Source of the DNA: an uncultured Acidimicrobiales bacterium
Lineage (GTDB): Bacteria; Actinomycetota; Acidimicrobiia; Acidimicrobiales; SHLQ01
Assembly: GCA_964562985.1 (NCBI GenBank)
Contig: CAZLWE010000005.1
Span: forward strand, 3,241-67,240
DNA: 64,000 nt
Reading direction: 5' to 3'
The notes under the pieces are model-generated. The model saw only the letters and a list, made by a program, of their open reading frames with translations, was not told the origin of the DNA and did no database searches. Position numbers and translations under genes: made by a program. Shown here piece by piece: positions 47,673-56,650 of the stretch. Position 1 is the first letter of the stretch. Every line of letters begins with the position of its first letter.

Positions 47673-49016
47673 ATGTCGTCGATTCAACTCAAGACTGCGA
47701 TACCGGGACCTCGAAGCGCGGAGATCGTGGAGCGCCGGCGCGCAGCGATGAGCGCCGGAGCAGCATTTCTGACCGAACTTGCTGTCGAGTCCGCCAATGG
47801 CGCCGTCGTCACCGACGTCGATGGCAACCAGCTTTTGGACTTCGCCGGGGGTATCGGCGTGCTCGCCGCTGGCCACTGTCCTCCAACCGTTGTCGAGGCC
47901 ATCAAGGACCAGGCAGGCGAGTTGCTGCACATCTGCGGCATCGTCGCAACCCATGACTCGATGGTCGACCTGTCCGAAGCACTGAACGCCGCCGCGCCCG
48001 GGGACTTCCCGAAGAAGACACTGCTCATGAACTCTGGTGCCGAAGCAGTGGAGAGCGCAGTCAAGCTCGCTCGTGCCGCCACCGGTCGCGCCGGAATCCT
48101 CGTCTTTGAAGGCGCCTATCACGGGCGCACAAACATGACGATGTCGATGACGAGCAAGTACGGGCTCTTCAAAAAGGGGTTCGGGCCATTCGCGTCGGAG
48201 GTCTACCGGATTCCTTTCCCGAACGTGCTGCGCCGTCCCCCAGGCGCCGACCCCGAGCAGTTCGTTGGCTGGTCGATCCAGAAGCTCCGCGAAGCGTTGA
48301 TCAGTCATGTCGACCCATCGGCAATCGCCGCCATCGTCATCGAACCAGTCCAGGGCGAAGGCGGTTTCATCCCGGCACCAAAGCCATTCCTTGAAGAGAT
48401 TCGAGCGATCTGTGACGAGCACGGAATCGTGATGGTCGCCGACGAAGTCCAAGCGGGCTTTGGTCGCACCGGCAGACTCTTCTCCATCGAGCACTCCGGC
48501 GTTGTTCCGGATCTCATCACGATGGCCAAGTCGATGGGCTCGGGCATGCCGATCTCCGCGGTTGTCGGCCGCGCCGAACTGCTCGACGCCGCACATCCGG
48601 GCGGCATGGGCGGCACCTATAGCGGCAACCCGGTCGCGTGTGTCGCAGCTCTCGAGACCATCAAGTTGATCAATTCGCCCGAATTCTTGGGCCGCGCCGA
48701 AGAGATAGGCATACGACTTCGCGCAGGCCTCGAAGAGCTTCAGGCAAAGCACCCGGGTCGCATCGCCGAGGTCCGCGGTCTCGGCCCGATGCTCGTCATC
48801 GAATTGGTTTCCGACGAAAACCTGACCCCAGACCCACCGCTCACTCAGGCGGTCAACAAGGCCACCTTGGCTCGGGGCCTCATCACGATTCGTGCCGGAT
48901 TGTTCAGCAACTGTGTGAGGTTCCTCCCTCCATTGAACATCACCGATGAACAGCTCGACGAGGCCCTCGCGGTTCTCGATGAAGCGTTCACTGACGCTCT
49001 GGCTGCGACCGCTTGA
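47673..49016 (+). CDS. gabT: class III PLP aminotransferase, 4-aminobutyrate aminotransferase-like
   Basis: DFAGGIG, NSGAEAVE, YHGRT, EPVQGEGG, DEVQAGFGRTG, TMAKS, GGTYSGNP. Confidence 0.88.
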   Translation: MSSIQLKTAIPGPRSAEIVERRRAAMSAGAAFLTELAVESANGAVVTDVDGNQLLDFAGGIGVLAAGHCPPTVVEAIKDQAGELLHICGIVATHDSMVDLSEALNAAAPGDFPKKTLLMNSGAEAVESAVKLARAATGRAGILVFEGAYHGRTNMTMSMTSKYGLFKKGFGPFASEVYRIPFPNVLRRPPGADPEQFVGWSIQKLREALISHVDPSAIAAIVIEPVQGEGGFIPAPKPFLEEIRAICDEHGIVMVADEVQAGFGRTGRLFSIEHSGVVPDLITMAKSMGSGMPISAVVGRAELLDAAHPGGMGGTYSGNPVACVAALETIKLINSPEFLGRAEEIGIRLRAGLEELQAKHPGRIAEVRGLGPMLVIELVSDENLTPDPPLTQAVNKATLARGLITIRAGLFSNCVRFLPPLNITDEQLDEALAVLDEAFTDALAATA

Positions 49017-50107
49017 TGAGCACCCCGATTCGTATACTCGACCTCGCAGGTTCGCCAACCCAGATCGGGTCGCGCCACGGTGAGCTGCACGCGGAAGAGA
49101 TTCGCAAGTACGCCAACGAACGCGTGGATTTGGTCGCTTCGGGGTTGTGGAGCGGTGGCCCGCTCACGCGAACCGAAGTGCTCGATATTGCCGACTCGAT
49201 GCTCGAAGCACACGAGGATTTCGATGCTGCGTTGTTCGAAGAGCAAATAGCAATGGCAACAGCTGCTGGTATCTCGACCGCAGAGGCCGTCATCGCCGGA
49301 GGGTTCACCGACTTCGTCGACACCGTTCGTGCAGTGGTCGGCGGTCCGATCCCAACCGAGGTCATCGAAGACGACTGCACGGCGATGATCGTTCCCGATA
49401 GCCGTGCCTCAGGGCAGGGAATCCTCGGTCAGACCTGGGACATGCACGACAGCGCAACCGAACACGTCGTGCTCTTGCGCATTCGCCCAGACGACGCTCC
49501 CGCGGCGTTGGTGTTCACCACGACGGGATGTCTCGGACAGATCGGTATGAACGAGGCGGGAGTTTGCGTTGGGATCAACAACTTGGTCGGAACCGACGGC
49601 ACCCGTGGAGTGACGTGGCCATCGGTTGTTCGAGCCATGCTCAAGACCGAGACCGCAGCCGAAGCCAAGAGCGTGCTGCTGAGTGCCGATCTTGCTGGCG
49701 CCCACAACTTCTTGGTCCTCGATAAACACGGCGACGGTTACACCGTTGAAGCAATGCCCTCGGCCAGACCGAGCATCGAGCTCACGAATGAGCCGATCGT
49801 GCACACAAACCACACGGTTCTGCCAGAAGCCACCGCTGTGCAGGCCGACAAGGCCCCGGGGTTGATGGACAGCTCTGCCTCGAGGTTTGATACCGCAACC
49901 GCTTTGCTTGCCGATGGTGACATCGATGTCGAGCGAGTGATGGACATAACCCGCGAACCCGAAGCCATTTGTCAGGCGGCGGTCGATCCGTATCACATCG
50001 AGTCCAGCGGAGCGGCAATCATGCGCCCTTCTACAGGCGACTTCTGGGCGTGCTGGGGCCGCCCCATCGACAACGAGTACGAGAGGATCAGCTGGGAGAG
50101 CGAATGA
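49016..50107 (+). CDS. C45-family autoproteolytic Ntn acyltransferase/amidohydrolase
   Basis: G..HGE..AEEI prodomain, DDCTA (Cys nucleophile), GQTWD, GMNEAGV and HTNH motifs. Confidence 0.85.
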   Translation: MSTPIRILDLAGSPTQIGSRHGELHAEEIRKYANERVDLVASGLWSGGPLTRTEVLDIADSMLEAHEDFDAALFEEQIAMATAAGISTAEAVIAGGFTDFVDTVRAVVGGPIPTEVIEDDCTAMIVPDSRASGQGILGQTWDMHDSATEHVVLLRIRPDDAPAALVFTTTGCLGQIGMNEAGVCVGINNLVGTDGTRGVTWPSVVRAMLKTETAAEAKSVLLSADLAGAHNFLVLDKHGDGYTVEAMPSARPSIELTNEPIVHTNHTVLPEATAVQADKAPGLMDSSASRFDTATALLADGDIDVERVMDITREPEAICQAAVDPYHIESSGAAIMRPSTGDFWACWGRPIDNEYERISWESE

Positions 50108-50202
50108 GGACTTCTCGACCTACCGACTTCCAGCGCCCCTGCGAGGCCAGCCGCCCATATCACGGCCGCCGGCCTGGCCAGACTGCGCGGTGCGGACAAT
50201 GA
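50104..50202 (+). CDS. putative 32-aa small protein (MRTSRPTDFQRPCEASRPYHGRRPGQTARCGQ)
   Basis: ATGA overlap with both the upstream stop and the downstream start. Confidence 0.35.
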   Translation: MRTSRPTDFQRPCEASRPYHGRRPGQTARCGQ

Positions 50203-50882
50203 CTCTCGTCGCTACGGGACCAACCTCCGGACTGCAATACGTGCGGATTGAGCCGCATATGTGCAAGGCACTTGAAGCTCTTGAGCTTGAAGCGTTCCCG
50301 ACCGCCGATCCGGCCGATCTCTATGACGAGGGCGAATTGTTGCATGTGGCCGCCGAGTTCCCCGAGGGGAGCGTGATCGGATTCGACGGCGACCAGCGCG
50401 ACGAACCCGTAGCTGTGGGCTTGGGAGTACGGGCCCACTTCGACTTTGCGAATCCTCAGCACAACCTGAAGGACTTCTTCCGAGATGCACAGACCGAGTC
50501 CGGCGACGATCCGACCGGCCCCTGGTACTACGGCACCGACATCGTGGTGCGTCCCGATTATCGCCGACGCGGCATCGGGCGCGAACTCTACGACCTGCGC
50601 AAGCAGATCTGCGCCGACTTGAAGCTCGCGGGGATTATCGCGGGCGGTGTCATACCCGGCTATGCCGAGCACAAGGACACGATCTCGGCTGACGAGTACA
50701 TCGAGAAGGTCGTCGCAGGGGAACTGTATGACCCGACCTTGACGTTTCAGCTGGAGAACGGGTTTGAAGCGCCGTGCGCACTCAAGAACTACATGAAAGA
50801 CCCAGCGGTCGACGACTACGCGTCGCTGATCGTGTGGCACAACCCGGACTACTCCGCACCTAGTGATGAGGTGGCCTCATGA
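50199..50882 (+). CDS. GNAT N-acetyltransferase, YkwB-like
   Basis: YYGTDIVVRPDYRRRGIGRELY; IIAGG.IPGY...EYIEKV..GELYDPTLTFQL.NGF. Confidence 0.85.
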   Translation: MTLVATGPTSGLQYVRIEPHMCKALEALELEAFPTADPADLYDEGELLHVAAEFPEGSVIGFDGDQRDEPVAVGLGVRAHFDFANPQHNLKDFFRDAQTESGDDPTGPWYYGTDIVVRPDYRRRGIGRELYDLRKQICADLKLAGIIAGGVIPGYAEHKDTISADEYIEKVVAGELYDPTLTFQLENGFEAPCALKNYMKDPAVDDYASLIVWHNPDYSAPSDEVAS

Positions 50883-51331
50883 CGGCGATCACCATTGATG
50901 AAATCGACCGCGAACTCATCCGGGCGTTACAGGCCGATGGCCGAGCGTCGTACATGGACCTGAGTCGCCTTGTCGGGTTAAGCGATGCAGCGTGTCGCCA
51001 ACGGGTGATGCGCTTGCTCGAAGAAGAAGTCATCGACATCGTTGCGGTCACCGACCCGGTGAAGTTAGGACTTGAGTTCCAGGCATTGCTCGGGATCAGC
51101 GTGAGCTGTGACGTGCGCCAAATCGCCGCCGCAATCGAGGCTTACGACGATGCCGTGTATGTCGTGATGGCAACGGGCCGGTTCGATCTGCTGGTGGAGC
51201 TCGTGAGTCAAGATCGCGAGAGTTTCGTCGGTGTTTCAAACGCAATACGAACAATGGATGGCGTTGCCGGTGTCGAAGTGATGTCGTATCTCGGAATAAC
51301 CAAACAGACCTACGACTGGGGAGTCGGCTAA
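50879..51331 (+). CDS. Lrp/AsnC-family transcriptional regulator
   Basis: IDEIDRELIRALQADGRASY HTH; TGRFDLLVE. Confidence 0.92.
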   Translation: MTAITIDEIDRELIRALQADGRASYMDLSRLVGLSDAACRQRVMRLLEEEVIDIVAVTDPVKLGLEFQALLGISVSCDVRQIAAAIEAYDDAVYVVMATGRFDLLVELVSQDRESFVGVSNAIRTMDGVAGVEVMSYLGITKQTYDWGVG

Positions 51332-51333
51332 GC

Positions 51334-52422
51334 ATGTCCAGCGAACCCACTGCACAAACAGCAGTGACGATCTCGGGGGTTACGAAACGCTTTGGCGACG
51401 TCGTAGCCGTCGACAACATCGATCTCGACATTGCCGATGGCGAGTTCTTCGCAATGCTCGGCCCGTCGGGCTGTGGCAAGACGACGACGCTACGGATGAT
51501 CGCCGGGCTCGAGTTTCCATCTGAGGGCTCGCTCAAGATCTTCGGCGAGGAAGTCGGCACACTCCCGCCGAACAAACGACCGGTCAACACCGTGTTCCAG
51601 AGCTACGCGCTCTTCCCCCATTTGAGCGTGGTCGACAACGTGAGCTTCGGATTGCGGATGACGGGCACCGCCAAGAAGGAAGCCAGCGCCCAGGCTCGGG
51701 AAATGCTGGAGCTCGTGCAGCTCAACGAGATGGTCGAGCGCAAGCCCAATCAACTCTCGGGCGGCCAACAGCAACGTGTTGCCTTGGCTCGGGCGTTGGT
51801 GAACAAGCCAAAGGTGCTGTTGCTCGATGAACCCTTGGGTGCGCTTGACCTGAAGCTGCGCCAAGAGATGCAGACCGAACTTAAGTCGTTGCAACGAGAG
51901 CTTGGTGTGAGCTTTGTTTTCGTCACGCACGACCAAGAGGAAGCCATGGCGATGTCCGATCGCATCGCGGTGATGAACGACGGCCAACTTCTCCAAGTGG
52001 GCCCACCGACAGATATCTACGAACGTCCCGCGAACCGATTTGTTGCCGACTTCATCGGCCAGTCGAATTTGCTCGATGCCACCGTGCAAGACGCGAACTC
52101 CATCGTGTTGACCAACGGAGCCGTGCTCGGAGCTCCAACGATGCACGCGCCGGGCACATCGGTCGCGTTGAGTCTGCGACCCGAAGCCATCAGCATTGGA
52201 GACCGAGGGTCAACGCCGAGTGCAAACGAAACGACCAGCCTCGACGGCACGGTGGCAGAGGTGACCTACCTCGGGCATGCCATCGACTACGTCGTCAAGA
52301 TCGGCTGGATCGATCTTGAAGTGCGCGGCGACGCAACGGCAGGAACGAAACGATTCACCACGGGCGATGAAGTGAGTGTCTGGTGGGATCGAGAATCCGA
52401 TTGGGTGGTGGCGAACTCGTGA
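51334..52422 (+). CDS. polyamine ABC transporter ATPase (PotA-like)
   Basis: GPSGCGKTT, LSGGQQQRVALAR, LLLDEP; TOBE tail. Confidence 0.93.
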   Translation: MSSEPTAQTAVTISGVTKRFGDVVAVDNIDLDIADGEFFAMLGPSGCGKTTTLRMIAGLEFPSEGSLKIFGEEVGTLPPNKRPVNTVFQSYALFPHLSVVDNVSFGLRMTGTAKKEASAQAREMLELVQLNEMVERKPNQLSGGQQQRVALARALVNKPKVLLLDEPLGALDLKLRQEMQTELKSLQRELGVSFVFVTHDQEEAMAMSDRIAVMNDGQLLQVGPPTDIYERPANRFVADFIGQSNLLDATVQDANSIVLTNGAVLGAPTMHAPGTSVALSLRPEAISIGDRGSTPSANETTSLDGTVAEVTYLGHAIDYVVKIGWIDLEVRGDATAGTKRFTTGDEVSVWWDRESDWVVANS

Positions 52423-53294
52423 CCAGCGCCAAGTTCACCGATATGTCCGCCAAGCACGAGCGGAATCGGCGTCGCCAGGGCTTCTTGATGGCGTTGCCCG
52501 CGTACGCGTATTTGGTGATCTTCTTCGCGGTTCCGCTCGGGATTGTCGTGGTGTATTCCTTCGCCACCCGCAACCGATTTGGTGGTACGGATCTCGCCGA
52601 GTGGAACATCGACTCCTATATTCGACTCTTCGATCCGGTCCTGCGGAACATCTTGATCCGGTCCTTCGGGCTTGCGCTTCTCACCACCGTGATCTGTTTG
52701 CTCGTTGCCTACCCGTTCGCGTACTTCCTAGCCACCCGTAGACCAACGGTCCGCAACCTGGCTTTGGTGTTTGTGATGATCCCGTTCTGGTCGAACTTCC
52801 TCGTCCGTAACTACGCCTGGCGAGTACTTCTCGGTAGTGACGGACCGGTCTCGCAGCTCACACAAGCTCTTGGTCTGGGAGAGACGCGTATTCTGTTCAC
52901 TCCAACGGCCATTGTGCTGGGGCTGGTGTACGGGTTCTTGCCCTTCATGATCCTGCCGCTCTATGCGGCGTTGGAACGACTTGATTGGGCATTGCTTGAG
53001 GCGGCGCGAGACCTCGGAGCCACCGGATTCCAGACCCTTCGAAAGGTCACCATTCCTCTATCGATGCCTGGCGTTATCGCCGGATCGATCCTGGTCTTCA
53101 TTCCAAGCTTCGGTGCGTTTGTGACCCCGGAGATCCTGGGCGGCGGGCGCGAAGTATTGCTCGGCAGCTTCATTGTGTCGCAGTTCCTCGAAGCCCGTAA
53201 CTGGCCTGTCGGAGCGGCAACCTCAACTGTCCTGATGGCGGTTATGTTGGTGTGTGCGTTGCTGTACTTCCGCAAGGGCGGGAGGACGTTGTAG
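52419..53294 (+). CDS. polyamine ABC transporter permease (PotB-like)
   Basis: PFWSNFLVRNYAW; EAARDLGA EAA loop. Confidence 0.92.
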   Translation: MTSAKFTDMSAKHERNRRRQGFLMALPAYAYLVIFFAVPLGIVVVYSFATRNRFGGTDLAEWNIDSYIRLFDPVLRNILIRSFGLALLTTVICLLVAYPFAYFLATRRPTVRNLALVFVMIPFWSNFLVRNYAWRVLLGSDGPVSQLTQALGLGETRILFTPTAIVLGLVYGFLPFMILPLYAALERLDWALLEAARDLGATGFQTLRKVTIPLSMPGVIAGSILVFIPSFGAFVTPEILGGGREVLLGSFIVSQFLEARNWPVGAATSTVLMAVMLVCALLYFRKGGRTL

Positions 53295-54118
53295 TGGCGA
53301 GCGCAAAGGAACTCCGGGGAGGCGCCAAGTGGGCGCTCAACCTCAACGCCTGGTTGGTGTACTTCTTCTTTTACGCACCGATCGCGCTGCTCGTCTTCTT
53401 CTCCTTTAGCGATGACAATCTCGTCGGTCGTTGGGGCGGATTCACCACGAGGTGGTACGGCGAGTTCCTCGAGAACGACAATGTGCAGAACGCGCTCAAC
53501 AACTCGATTCGGGTCGCGATCCTGTCGACGGTCATCTCGGTGGTGCTCGGCACCATGGCTGGACTGGCATTGGAGCGCTACCGATTCAAGGGCAGCCAAG
53601 TCTTTGACGCCCTGTTGTATCTACCGGTGATCGTGCCCGACGTGACCATGGCGGTAATGATGCTGATCTTCTTCACCAGCCTCGACGACCTGATCGGTCT
53701 CCAGATCACACGTGGCTTTTCGACCATCACGCTCGCCCACATAGCGTTCAGCATCAGTTTCGTGTCGATCGTCGTTCGCGCTCGGCTCGCTGGCACCAGT
53801 GAGGTGCTGGAGGAAGCCGCCCAGGATCTCTATGCCTCGAAGTGGCAGACCTTCCGCCACATCACCCTGCCCCAGATTCTTCCGGGCATCGTCGGCGGAG
53901 GCTTGTTGGCGTTGACCTTGTCGCTCGACGATGTCGTCATCACCCAGTTCGTAAGCGGGCCTGGCTCAACCACGTTGCCCGTCTTCGTCTTCGGCCTTAT
54001 TCGTCGCGGTGTCTCTCCGCTCATCAACGCCGTTTCGGTAGTGATGCTTGCGGCATCGGTCCTTCTCGTCCTCTTGTCGCTGCTGGCCCAGCGTGCGAGA
54101 GACGGTTCGGTCACATGA
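53294..54118 (+). CDS. polyamine ABC transporter permease (PotC-like)
   Basis: FTTRWY, LEEAAQDL, LSLDDVVIT. Confidence 0.92.
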   Translation: MASAKELRGGAKWALNLNAWLVYFFFYAPIALLVFFSFSDDNLVGRWGGFTTRWYGEFLENDNVQNALNNSIRVAILSTVISVVLGTMAGLALERYRFKGSQVFDALLYLPVIVPDVTMAVMMLIFFTSLDDLIGLQITRGFSTITLAHIAFSISFVSIVVRARLAGTSEVLEEAAQDLYASKWQTFRHITLPQILPGIVGGGLLALTLSLDDVVITQFVSGPGSTTLPVFVFGLIRRGVSPLINAVSVVMLAASVLLVLLSLLAQRARDGSVT

Positions 54119-54170
54119 TCTATCCGATTATCAACAACAAAAGCAAAGCACATCAACCTGGGAGGGAATT

Positions 54171-55334
54171 GTGAAATCAAGAAAGAACACGCGGCTAATA
54201 GCTGCGTTCTTAGCAATATCGGTCATCGCCGCAGCATGTGGCGGAGGCGACGAAGTTGCCAGCGACGCTGGTAGCGATGGCGCTGCGGAGAGCAGCGATG
54301 GTGTTCAGACCGTCTCTGCGTCTGAATGCACCGCAGGACAAGTCGATGGCGACCTCGCCATCTTCAACTGGACCGAGTACATCGATCCGCAACTCCTCGT
54401 CGACTTCTCCGAAGAATTCGGCGTCAATGTCACCGAGGACAACTACGACTCGAACGAGGCGATGCAGCCAATCATCAACGCTGGTGGTTCGGGCTTCGAC
54501 TTCATCGTGCCTTCCGACTACATGGTCGGCATCATGATCGATGCAGGAAACCTGCAACCGCTCAACCGCGATGCAATCCCAAATCTTGCGAACCTCGCTC
54601 CTGATTTTGCTGAAGGCCTGCCCTTCGATCCAGGCGCCGAGTTCAGCGCTCCATACCAGTGGGGAACCACCGGTCTTGGCGTGGATATCTCGGTTGTCGG
54701 CGAAGATTTCCCGCGGACGTGGGGTCTGATCTTCGATCCGGAAATCGCCGCAGAGTACGGCCTCGAAGGCCAATTCTCGACGCTGTTGAACGATCCTCGT
54801 GAGACCTTGGGCGCTGCGCTCAAGTTCCTCGGCTTCTCGCTCAACACCACCGACCCAGACGAACTTCAACAGGCTGAAGAACTGATCGCTTCGACCCTCG
54901 ACCGCATTGCTGCGTTCGAGTCGGATCAGTACGACGAGCTTCTCGTCCAGGGTGAAGCTGCAGTGACCCACGGTTACAGCGGCAACTTCCTCTTCCAGTT
55001 CCTCGATGCAGAGAACCCAGAGAACTTCACCTACTTCGTTCCTGAAGAGGGCGGCACGCGCTGGATCGACAACATGGCAATTCCATTTGACGCTCCAAAC
55101 CCCTGCACGGCGCACACCTTCATCAACTTCCTGCTCGACGCCGAGCGTGGTGCACAGTTGACGAACTGGAACCTGTACGCCAGCCCGAACGAGGCAGCTA
55201 CCCCGTTCATCGATCAAGAAGTACTCGACGATCCAATCGTTTACCCACTAGACGAATCGAACCTCGAAGAGATCGAAGACACCGGCGACTTCGAAATCGA
55301 ATTCAGCGACGCATTCACCGCAGCACGCGGCTAA
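54171..55334 (+). CDS. polyamine ABC transporter substrate-binding lipoprotein (PotD-like)
   Basis: Lipobox AAAC; FNWTEYID, YDSNE, VPSDY, PYQWGTTG, WIDNMAIP. Confidence 0.92.
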   Translation: MKSRKNTRLIAAFLAISVIAAACGGGDEVASDAGSDGAAESSDGVQTVSASECTAGQVDGDLAIFNWTEYIDPQLLVDFSEEFGVNVTEDNYDSNEAMQPIINAGGSGFDFIVPSDYMVGIMIDAGNLQPLNRDAIPNLANLAPDFAEGLPFDPGAEFSAPYQWGTTGLGVDISVVGEDFPRTWGLIFDPEIAAEYGLEGQFSTLLNDPRETLGAALKFLGFSLNTTDPDELQQAEELIASTLDRIAAFESDQYDELLVQGEAAVTHGYSGNFLFQFLDAENPENFTYFVPEEGGTRWIDNMAIPFDAPNPCTAHTFINFLLDAERGAQLTNWNLYASPNEAATPFIDQEVLDDPIVYPLDESNLEEIEDTGDFEIEFSDAFTAARG

Positions 55335-55362
55335 CGACTAGCTGAAGCAATTCGCCACCTAA

Positions 55363-55400
55363 GGACCCCCGGAGCAACGCTCCGGGGGTCCTGGTGTTTT
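55363..55400. terminator. intrinsic terminator after potD (probably bidirectional)
   Basis: GGACCCCCGGAGC-AAC-GCTCCGGGGGTCC, a perfect 13-bp stem followed by GGTGTTTTT. Confidence 0.85.
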
Positions 55401-55549
55401 TAGCTGAACTTGGTGGTGGGCCGGGATTGACGTTCGCCGTCGATGATGAGGTCGACCTTCTCGTTGTAGAAGCAGTAGAGGCCTTGGATGTCGATCACCG
55501 TTTCGCCATTACAGATCGCCCGAATGCGCTTGTGGCACGGCTCGAACAC
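55400..55549 (-). pseudogene. DUF427-family remnant with a large in-frame internal deletion
   Basis: Manual translation: VFEPCHKRIRAICNGETVID joined to IQGLYCFYNEKVDLIIDGERQSRPTTKFS*, which resemble the N- and C-termini of two-domain DUF427 proteins. Confidence 0.65.
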
Positions 55550-55615
55550 TGGCGACGCAGATGCTTGTGAGGTGATGATCCGATCATGCCAGACGGCTTG
55601 CCCGAGGCGCAGGGT

Positions 55616-56503
55616 TTAGCGACTGATGACGGCTTCGAGGTCGTCAACCTCTACGTCGAACACGGCCACTTCGGAGTCGGTGGCGTAGGAAAGCTCCCAG
55701 ACGGCGGCGCCAAAGGGAAGCCAATCGAAATCCCAGACGTATTCAGCGGTCATTCGGTACGTACCACTGGCGGGCTGTTCCCAGTAGGTGTGGCTACAGC
55801 CCGGGTTCGACGCTCCGGGAGACCAGGTGGACAGCTCCGCGATCGTGCACGAGAAGATGCCTGAGCCGTCGCCCGGATTGATATTGATGCGAACCAAACG
55901 GGCCCGAACGCCAACGGTTACCTGCCCTGCGGAGGCGTATTCTGCTGGGGTAATGGTGGGCCCCGGCTGATCGATCCACGTTTCGACACCGGTAATTTGC
56001 CTACCGTCAGGACTCAAGGTGAGCGGCCAAGAATAGATCGGCACGTCCTCCTGATCTCGAATATCGATTTCGGTCAGGACACCGCCTACTGGTGCGCCGG
56101 GGATGTACTGAATGACCCCGAAGTCCGCAACGGAGCCAGTGTCGTCAAGGCACTGTCGGGCGTAGTGTGTGCCGGGTACGAGCTGGGGGCCCGTCGTATC
56201 CTGGATGAAATCGTCTCCCTGGCGTGCCATGCCCCTGGCGTCGGTGTATTGCTGGGCGAAGTAGCAGGCATATATCGGGCCATTGTTTGCGACGACCCCT
56301 GGGCCAGACACGGGAACGATCTGTACTTGATCGGAAGCCCAAACGACCCCCGGGCCAGCAGTGCCACCGCTCTGTTGGGCATGAACGACTGCGCCATCGG
56401 CAGATACCACAAGGAGAGCAGTAATCAGCGCGAAAAGCCACGGTCTACGCCATCTGTGATCTCCTGGTCGCCGCTTGCCCACGAATGGAAGTTTGACACA
56501 CAT
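55616..56503 (-). CDS. secreted Cys-containing protein with a C-terminal PKD/Ig-like domain
   Basis: Signal peptide; NPGDGSG..SC...GCSHTY...Y.MTAE.VW...V.V.DLEAVI. Confidence 0.7.
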   Translation of the reverse strand: MCVKLPFVGKRRPGDHRWRRPWLFALITALLVVSADGAVVHAQQSGGTAGPGVVWASDQVQIVPVSGPGVVANNGPIYACYFAQQYTDARGMARQGDDFIQDTTGPQLVPGTHYARQCLDDTGSVADFGVIQYIPGAPVGGVLTEIDIRDQEDVPIYSWPLTLSPDGRQITGVETWIDQPGPTITPAEYASAGQVTVGVRARLVRININPGDGSGIFSCTIAELSTWSPGASNPGCSHTYWEQPASGTYRMTAEYVWDFDWLPFGAAVWELSYATDSEVAVFDVEVDDLEAVISR

Positions 56504-56534
56504 CCAGCAGTCACGAAAAGCGGTAGTTGCTAAT

Positions 56535-56562
56535 GGGAATAAAGAACTACAAGAGAAGTTGA
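56535..56562 (+). promoter_or_regulatory. SigH/SigR-type ECF promoter of clpB
   Basis: GGGAAT-N17-GTTGA. Confidence 0.65.
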
Positions 56563-56580
56563 GTTATCTGGACTCAACTT
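56556..56580. promoter_or_regulatory. HAIR (HspR operator) upstream of clpB
   Basis: AAGTTGAGT-N7-ACTCAACTT, with perfect 9-bp arms. Confidence 0.88.
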
Positions 56581-56650
56581 TCGGTTCGTCAAGGGGCGTG
56601 AAGTCGTCAGGTGCCGGAGCCGAACAAGTAACGTCGCTCGAGGAGGACGA

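Noticed and set aside
55407-55436. Minus strand ...GTCAATCCCGGCCCACCACCA resembles a tRNA/tmRNA 3' end (possible att site)
   Set aside because: No TTC T-loop or pairing T-stem and no cloverleaf upstream; the bases encode the DUF427 tail RQSRPTTK; no integrase nearby.
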